A DNA stretch of 64,000 nucleotides from Candidatus Micrarchaeota archaeon (GTDB taxonomy: Archaea > Micrarchaeota > Micrarchaeia > Micrarchaeales > Micrarchaeaceae), in the NCBI GenBank assembly GCA_021811605.1, contig JAJZNR010000024.1, forward strand, positions 37,751-101,750, given 5' to 3'. The notes below the pieces were generated by a model, which saw only the letters and a program-made list of their open reading frames with translations, did not search any database and had not been told where the DNA came from. The translations under genes and the position numbers were made by a program. How positions within the stretch are numbered: position 1 is the stretch's first letter; the number at the start of each line of letters is the position of its first letter. Below, piece by piece: positions 60,111 through 64,000 of the stretch.

Positions 60111-60785
60111 ATGAAGATTTACATAATAAGCGACGATTTCAAGAACAGCATAAGCGCCTCCAACATCATAGGCTCTACTGGCAACGGGAGCGTGATAAGC
60201 GAAACGAAGAGCGAGGACGTGAGGGAGCTGCTCGGTGACCTGAAGGCGAACATAGATTCCGGATTCGACCTAATGCTTCTAATGTGCCACGGCGCTAAGG
60301 ACGTGGCGATATCCGCCAACAAGCTTGCCGGCGTGCGCGCCGTTGTCTGCAAGGACCAGGAAGACGCGATAGAGGCGGTGGGTTACACGCGCGCAAATGT
60401 GATACTCATCGATACGGGGCGGGTGCCGAGGAATGGTCTCGAATCCATTATAGAAGGGCTGCTCACACAACAGGAGGAGCCTGCGCCTGCTTCGGCTCCG
60501 TCGCCCGTTCCTTCAAGGCGGCGCCAGGCAGAAGAAGCTCCAGTCCACGAAGCGCACCCGCAGCCAGTCTACGAGCCTAAGGGACCGGGCATGTTCTCCA
60601 CCCTGAAGGACAAACTGGGCTCTGTCACGCAGCGCAATCAGCAGCAGAAGCCGATACAGCAGTCAAAAGCCAAACCCGCAGCAGCAAAAGGCTCTGTGAA
60701 GGACGATGCCAGGGATTTCGTCAAGTCGACGAAACAGAAGGGTCTGGTTAAGACGCTGAAGGAGACATTCGGGGTCGAAGATTAG
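60111..60785 (+). CDS. RpiB/LacA-fold-like protein with degenerate active-site loop and disordered C-terminal tail
   Basis: 'DLMLLMCHGAKDVAISANKLAGVRAVVCKDQEDAIEAVGYTRANVILI' is collinear with my recollection of RpiB '..[45 protein letters not shown]'. GTGxG is replaced by HGAKD. A Pro/Gln/Lys-rich tail of about 100 aa follows. I chose the ATG at 60111 inside a longer spurious ORF. Confidence 0.55.
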   Translation: MKIYIISDDFKNSISASNIIGSTGNGSVISETKSEDVRELLGDLKANIDSGFDLMLLMCHGAKDVAISANKLAGVRAVVCKDQEDAIEAVGYTRANVILIDTGRVPRNGLESIIEGLLTQQEEPAPASAPSPVPSRRRQAEEAPVHEAHPQPVYEPKGPGMFSTLKDKLGSVTQRNQQQKPIQQSKAKPAAAKGSVKDDARDFVKSTKQKGLVKTLKETFGVED

Positions 60786-60799
60786 GCGCGGGTCAGGGA

Positions 60800-61141
60800 A
60801 TGAGCTCAGATATATACGGGTGTGACGAAGCCTTCAGACTGACGATTCCAGCTATACGGATAGCCATCGCTAAAGCAATGGCGGCGCAGAAGATAAGCCA
60901 GGCGGAGATTGCGAAGAGGCTGGGGGTGGCGCAGCCGGCTGTTAGCAAGTACCTCTCCGGGAAGTATTCGGCCGATGTCCGTGCTGTCGAGAATTCGATA
61001 GGAAAGAGCCAGCTGGAAGATCTCATGAAGGTTGCATTAGCCGGCGACAGGACGCAAATATCAAGAAAGATAGACCAGTTGGCTGCCAGTAAGCGCCTCG
61101 TTGAGGAGGCGCTCGCGCTGATTTCTCCGGAAAAGAACTAA
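60800..61141 (+). CDS. XRE-like HTH transcriptional regulator
   Basis: 'KISQAEIAKRLGVAQPAVSKYLSGK' is the HTH_3-type motif. Confidence 0.65.
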   Translation: MSSDIYGCDEAFRLTIPAIRIAIAKAMAAQKISQAEIAKRLGVAQPAVSKYLSGKYSADVRAVENSIGKSQLEDLMKVALAGDRTQISRKIDQLAASKRLVEEALALISPEKN

Positions 61142-61223
61142 CGATTGCACGATGCCGTAGACGCTGGTGCTGCATTATCGAGCAAGCTATAAATAATGTT
61201 CATGCGATTGTCTTCTTGGTGCC

Positions 61224-61586
61224 ATGGCTGCCAGACGGACCATGGAAGTGACGGAGCACGGGAGAACAGTACAGGTAGTACTCCCTGCCGCCATGCCGAT
61301 TCCTTCATTATTGAGGCGCGAGCTGGAGGGCTCAGTCAGGAAGTTCATGAGGCAGGAGCGCAAGCATGGAATCGGCAGGGTGAACGGCGGAAAGACTATG
61401 GTGAAGAGCCTGCAGCCTTACGAGATATCCCATTTCAAAAAAGGTCCGTATTTCCCTGCTACAACCACCTATGGGATGCTCCGCGAAGAGCATCTTGTAA
61501 AAGGGAGGAAAGAGAAGAAGATACTGCGGAGAGTGGAAGCGGAACTAGACTTCGGAGCGCTAGTTTTCAAGTTCATCTACGATTGA
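61224..61586 (+). CDS. hypothetical basic protein
   Basis: 120-aa ORF with a competing overlapping frame at 61196-61606. No motif recognised. Confidence 0.35.
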   Translation: MAARRTMEVTEHGRTVQVVLPAAMPIPSLLRRELEGSVRKFMRQERKHGIGRVNGGKTMVKSLQPYEISHFKKGPYFPATTTYGMLREEHLVKGRKEKKILRRVEAELDFGALVFKFIYD

Positions 61587-62159
61587 TTATTTCCTGCGCC
61601 CCTTGAACATCAGTATCTCGCTGCCTGCATTCTCTATCTGTATTCTGGCTACGTCCTGCTTCTTCCTGAAACCGGAAAGCACGGCTTCCGCGAACCTCAG
61701 CCTGCGCGTGGTGTCGTAGATGTTCTCCATCATCTCGAAGTACTGCTCTGCGCTCTTCACATCGTTTTTCCGGAGCGCCTCCAGCACCTCCCTCTTCAAC
61801 TCGCCGACAACGTCCATGAGGCCAAGAAGATAGGATTCCGGGACGACCCCAGCCTGCTCCACAGAAGGCAGGCGCTTCCCGGTCTTTATCTGGTAGAATG
61901 CCAGCGCCTCTACGTATTCCTGGTACGCCTGCTGTGTATGGTACTTGAAATCGGAGTCTGTTTTCATGAGTTCGTTGGCCCTTCTTGTCATCTCGGAAAG
62001 GCGCTTCTGCGCCGCAGCCCTGTCGTTGTTGTGGAGGAAAGTTATCGTCTGTCCCGCATCCCTTATTATATCACGCGAAAGCTCCATAACCTTGTCGAAA
62101 TCTTTCTGCTTCCTGGAAAGATGCAGTGAAATGTTTTCTATGTCGTCCTCAAGCGTCAT
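61587..62159 (-). CDS. translin-family protein
   Basis: 'AYQEYVEALAFY', 'SYLLGLMDVVGELKREVLEALR' and 'GFRKKQDVARIQIENAGSEI' fit the translin pattern (GL.D..GEL.R ... LRKK.D). Confidence 0.75.
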   Translation of the reverse strand: MTLEDDIENISLHLSRKQKDFDKVMELSRDIIRDAGQTITFLHNNDRAAAQKRLSEMTRRANELMKTDSDFKYHTQQAYQEYVEALAFYQIKTGKRLPSVEQAGVVPESYLLGLMDVVGELKREVLEALRKNDVKSAEQYFEMMENIYDTTRRLRFAEAVLSGFRKKQDVARIQIENAGSEILMFKGRRK

Positions 62160-63054
62160 TCAAATCTCCGGCTCTGGAATTGTGGAACAGGTACTGCTGC
62201 GCGTATCCTTTGTACGATCCCCACATCCGGTCAGCTATCTCGTTAATGTCTTTTAACCTTTTCTTTTTCCCTTCAAAGTATAGCTTCTCCATCGCGCGCT
62301 TTATGTGGACGTCGATCGGGAACGCATTCAGGTTGCCGTAGCCCATCAGTATTATGCAGTCAGCGACCTTCTCTCCAACCCCGTCTATCTCCATCAGCGT
62401 TTCCTTCAGCCCGTAATAGTCGTGCGGGTTCAGCTTGTCAAGACTGATATTGTTCGTGCAGTAATCTGCAGCGTGCATAATGTACTTCGCGCGGAAGCCG
62501 GTGCCGCATTCCATCAGTTCTTTCTTTGTGGCGCCAATCAGGTCTGTGCTCTTCGGAAAGGATTTTCCCACAGTGTTGCCGTTCTCGTCCACGATGTCGG
62601 AGCCGTATCTGTTCATCAGGTCCTTCACGATCGACCTGATGCGCTTAACGTTGTTGAACTGCGATATTATGAAACAAACCGTTGTCTCCCACGGTTCGTT
62701 GAGGGTAAGTCTCATCCCCATGTAGCGTTTTATAGACGCATCAAGGTGCCTATCGGTGTTTATCTTCTTGTAGATGTATTGCATGTTGTCATCGAGCCTG
62801 AACCTCCTCCGCAGCTCTCTCTTCGCCAGGTCCCTATCAAAGCAGCTCGCCGAAAGTTCTCCATGCTCTACAGTGCCCGTGTGCCTTACCTTTATGTAAT
62901 CCATCCCTGCAGGATACCTCACAGTATCGTTCGTATAATCTCCGATGAAAGTGAGGGGCTGGGCGCTCTCCACAGTGTGCGCGAGATTGAAGGTGTCGAC
63001 CTCCATTCTAACGGCGTTAAGCTCCTCGCGCTTGACCAAATAATAACTAGACAT
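62149..63054 (-). CDS. ogg: 8-oxoguanine DNA glycosylase/AP lyase (OGG family, HhH-GPD)
   Basis: 'EPWETTVCFIISQFNNVKRI' and the HhH-GPD region 'LMEIDGVGEKVADCIILMGYGNLNAFPIDVHIKR' (Lys and Asp catalytic positions). An N-terminal OGG_N-like domain is present. Confidence 0.85.
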   Translation of the reverse strand: MSSYYLVKREELNAVRMEVDTFNLAHTVESAQPLTFIGDYTNDTVRYPAGMDYIKVRHTGTVEHGELSASCFDRDLAKRELRRRFRLDDNMQYIYKKINTDRHLDASIKRYMGMRLTLNEPWETTVCFIISQFNNVKRIRSIVKDLMNRYGSDIVDENGNTVGKSFPKSTDLIGATKKELMECGTGFRAKYIMHAADYCTNNISLDKLNPHDYYGLKETLMEIDGVGEKVADCIILMGYGNLNAFPIDVHIKRAMEKLYFEGKKKRLKDINEIADRMWGSYKGYAQQYLFHNSRAGDLNDA

Positions 63055-64000
63055 AAGCCTTCTTCAGGAATTCAACAAGTTCTTTTATCGGCACGCGGAC
63101 CTGCTTCTTGTCATCGCGATACCTCACTGTCACGGTGTCGGCGTCCTTTCCCTTCTCCACAGTCTGGTAATCCACGGTAATGCAGAACGGAGTCCCTATG
63201 TCGTCCATCCTCGCGTACCTCCTCCCTATCGAGCCCGACACGTCGGTGTCTGTCTTGAAGTGCGAGTTGAGCATTCTGTAAAGTTCCGCCGCCTTCTTCT
63301 CTATCCTCTCGTCCTTCTGCAGCGGAAACACAGAGACGTAGTAAGGAGCGAGCGCATACGGCAGCTGCAGGACGGAGCGCTCCGCATCCTTCTTGTAGAA
63401 CACGTCTATGAGCATCCAGACGTTCCTGTCCACGCCGAAGCTCAGCTCGAGGACGTGCGGGAGAACCTTTTTGCCGTTGATGTTGACAGAAAGGTCCTGG
63501 TTGGAGCCCTTGCTGTGCGACATCAGGTCGTAATCGCCTCTATAGTGGAGCCCGCCGACCTCCTTGAATCCGCCCCAGCTCTCAACGTTAACCTCTATGT
63601 CCATGTGGATTTTGTTGTAGAACGCCTTTTCGTCTCCACCTTTCTCGAGGAACCTGAACTTCTCCGCAGGCACGTGAAGAACCTCTGTGTAGAACCTGTG
63701 GATAAGCGCCATGCGGTATGCATAGAACTCCGGCACGCCCTGCTTCACCAGCTCTCTTACCGTCACCTCCTCGTTCTTCTTGGTCTTGTAAGGCACCACA
63801 TTCATTTTGCGCTTCTCCATCTCTTTTATCTGTGACTTCCACAGCTCTGCGTTGTTCCACTCGTCAGGGTCGAAGAACATCTGCAGCTCCGCCTGGATCA
63901 GCTCCCTCATCCTGTAAAGGCCCTGCCGGGGCGATATCTCATTCCTGTAAGCCCTTCCGATTACGGCAAGGCCGAGCGGTAGCGTCTTCCTCAGGACGTT
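63047..64000 (-). CDS. glyS: glycyl-tRNA synthetase (archaeal/eukaryotic type), N-terminus beyond window end
   Basis: The frame is open to position 64000 ('..LPLGLAVIGRAYRNEISPRQGLYRMRELIQAELQMFFDP..'). Class II motif 3 is 'LELSFGVDR'. The anticodon-binding domain has 'VSVFPL' and 'GSIGRRYARMDDIGTPFCITVD'. Confidence 0.93.
   Translation of the reverse strand, partial: NVLRKTLPLGLAVIGRAYRNEISPRQGLYRMRELIQAELQMFFDPDEWNNAELWKSQIKEMEKRKMNVVPYKTKKNEEVTVRELVKQGVPEFYAYRMALIHRFYTEVLHVPAEKFRFLEKGGDEKAFYNKIHMDIEVNVESWGGFKEVGGLHYRGDYDLMSHSKGSNQDLSVNINGKKVLPHVLELSFGVDRNVWMLIDVFYKKDAERSVLQLPYALAPYYVSVFPLQKDERIEKKAAELYRMLNSHFKTDTDVSGSIGRRYARMDDIGTPFCITVDYQTVEKGKDADTVTVRYRDDKKQVRVPIKELVEFLKKAYV

Noticed and set aside
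1-64000. Search by eye for CRISPR arrays, tRNA, rRNA, SRP RNA or RNase P RNA in the intergenic regions
   Set aside because: No regularly spaced direct repeats and no cloverleaf-compatible segments were seen in the gaps. The largest gaps are 7001-7243, 11497-11618, 33116-33248, 39623-40722, 43307-43673 and 44997-45247. A covariance-model scan (tRNAscan-SE, Infernal/Rfam) is needed to be sure.

Overview
The window is a gene-dense archaeal chromosomal segment, about 90% coding by eye. The evidence is archaeal/eukaryal-type ribosomal proteins (L30e, S12, S7, L7Ae, S28e, L24e, S19e, L39e, L31e, LX, L29, S26e), aEF-2, aIF6, SUI1, deoxyhypusine synthase, Topo VI-A, Kae1/Bud32, membrane LonB, FtsZ, SMC, and class III (type IV pilin-like) signal peptides. 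The gene content (compact informational core, a TCA-type cluster, eS26) suggests a small-genome, DPANN/Micrarchaeota-like or Thermoplasmata-like archaeon. I cannot verify the taxon without a database search.

I found no rRNA, tRNA or CRISPR array by eye.

Major blocks:
- smc
- L30e-S12-S7-EF2 operon
- L7Ae-S28e-L24e operon, preceded by a textbook K-turn in the leader
- ftsZ / dys / polyprenyl synthase
- Two paralogous pilin-LamG proteins
- ADP-forming acetyl-CoA synthetase operon
- Minus-strand cluster mdh - citrate synthase - IDH-like - PrpD/MmgE - ComA-like - hydrolase
- Conserved S19e ... aIF6-LX-PfdA-FtsY supercluster
- Topo VI-A, LonB
- MacB-type ABC cluster with a PadR regulator
- kae1-bud32, alaX, eS26, translin, ogg, glyS (3' partial)

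Accessory or unusual content:
- A low-GC AbiE-like wHTH + nucleotidyltransferase pair at 5.7-7.0 kb.
- A low-GC island at 39.6-45.2 kb. It holds a stop-riddled DDE transposase relic, a SAM methyltransferase, gene fragments, an orphan pilus ATPase, and a tightly coupled cassette. The cassette pairs a radical-SAM-like enzyme with a non-canonical CX2CX2C triad and a DAC (DisA_N)-like protein with substituted catalytic motifs. This cassette is my best candidate for an undescribed system.
- Two tandem divergent paralogs with a possible TFIIB-core-like pattern, next to lon.
- Two genes (SDR, EamA) are each broken by an apparent 1-nt deletion.

All functional calls rest on motif recognition by eye from the supplied translations. 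No database search was run.
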